Positions 26,898 to 27,616 of a DNA stretch of 27,616 nucleotides are shown piece after piece. The stretch's first letter is position 1, and each line of letters begins with the position of its first letter. Below the pieces are notes generated by a model, which worked only from the letters and a program-made list of their open reading frames with translations, ran no database searches and was not told the origin of the DNA. Position numbers and translations under genes: made by a program. Origin of the DNA: Nitrosopumilaceae archaeon (GTDB lineage Archaea; Thermoproteota; Nitrososphaeria; Nitrososphaerales; Nitrosopumilaceae); contig JBQTHX010000029.1 of NCBI GenBank assembly GCA_052389415.1, forward strand, positions 1 through 27,616. Reading direction: 5' to 3'.

Positions 26898-27616
26898 TGA
26901 GGACCATCATAGTTGGAGATATCGATGCTACTGTAGCTGCTGCGCGAAAACGACCTAGACCTACGGAAAAGCAAAAGAAGAGTATTAATGACATACTATT
27001 AGACGTACAAAAAAATCCGCAGGATAGTACGATAATAAAATATGAGAAAAAAAATGGCAAGCTAAAAGCAAATCTGAAATCAATCACAGTAACAAAATCT
27101 GAAATCAAGAATGCATATTCTAAAGTAACAAAGGATCAGATAGATGCAATACGACTAGCAAAAAAAAGGCTAGAAAGAACGGAACTTTCAATAAAAAATC
27201 AGCTAGAGAGAATCATAATTCGATCGGATGGGATAAAAATTGTAAAAACATTTGTTCCAATCGAGAGTGTGGGTTGCTACATACCTGGCGGTGAAGCAAG
27301 ATATCCTAGTACATTAATCATGTCAGTTGTTCCAGCCAAGGTAGCAGGTGTAAAAAAAATTGTGGCAATCTCACCACCTGATCAAAATGGAAACATCGAT
27401 CCACTCACACTTGTTGCTTCAGACATTTGTGGAGTAGATGAAATGTACAAAGCAGGTGTGGCTGGTATTGCAGCACTGGCATATGGAACTAAATCAATAC
27501 CCAAAGTAGATAAGATAGTCGGACCTGGAGGATTGTTTATTACTATTGCAAAAAACCTTGTAAGCGAAGACGTCTCAATTGATATGGTAGCGGGTCCTAC
27601 AGAGCTTGCAATTATA
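26894..27616 (+). CDS. hisD: Histidinol dehydrogenase, 3'-truncated by the window edge (not in the ORF track)
   Basis: ATGA overlap with hisG. Manual translation gives PIESVGCYIPGGEARYPSTLIM, PAKVAGV, ALAYGT, DKIVGPG and IDMVAGPTE. Confidence 0.95.
   Translation, partial: MMRTIIVGDIDATVAAARKRPRPTEKQKKSINDILLDVQKNPQDSTIIKYEKKNGKLKANLKSITVTKSEIKNAYSKVTKDQIDAIRLAKKRLERTELSIKNQLERIIIRSDGIKIVKTFVPIESVGCYIPGGEARYPSTLIMSVVPAKVAGVKKIVAISPPDQNGNIDPLTLVASDICGVDEMYKAGVAGIAALAYGTKSIPKVDKIVGPGGLFITIAKNLVSEDVSIDMVAGPTELAII

Noticed and set aside
224-27108. Numerous antisense or alternate-frame ORFs (e.g. 1973-2590, 5371-5805, 10515-10817, 21212-21679, 25865-26320, 26603-26974)
   Set aside because: They lie within motif-supported genes and have the composition of shadow frames.

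Overview
Archaeal chromosomal DNA, very likely from a Nitrososphaerota (Thaumarchaeota, Nitrosopumilales-like) genome; the taxonomy is inferred from gene content (thermosome, Csl4, Dph2, TiaS, MptE, BHB-intron tRNA) and the C-terminal IPxWxKxNAxWW repeats. The housekeeping backbone is: partial adenine deaminase, thermosome, PfkB kinase, guaA, conserved hypothetical, mptE, folP, guaB, membrane protein, pheA, csl4, dph2, Lrp-type protein, tiaS, a two-intron initiator tRNA-Met, PQQ sugar dehydrogenase, class II HMG-CoA reductase, hisG and partial hisD. It is interrupted by a ~9.8 kb integrated element (5848-15639) bounded by a perfect 14-bp direct repeat (TAAATATTAAAACA) that coincides with a TATA-like promoter box, not a tRNA. 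The element carries a tyrosine integrase; an ATGA-coupled RHH / Zn-finger / Zn-finger / AAA+-wHTH (Rep-like) operon; several regulators; and two secreted cargo proteins (a metzincin protease and a HET-C/VWA7-like Zn hydrolase fused to LamG). The most striking unannotated signal is a set of six CACGA/TCGTG pentamers at 9641-9748, at the 3' end of the Rep-like gene, whose positions and orientations are exactly dyad-symmetric (spacers 24-9-12-9-24). It is a candidate replication origin. All family assignments come from motif recognition by eye; no searches were run.
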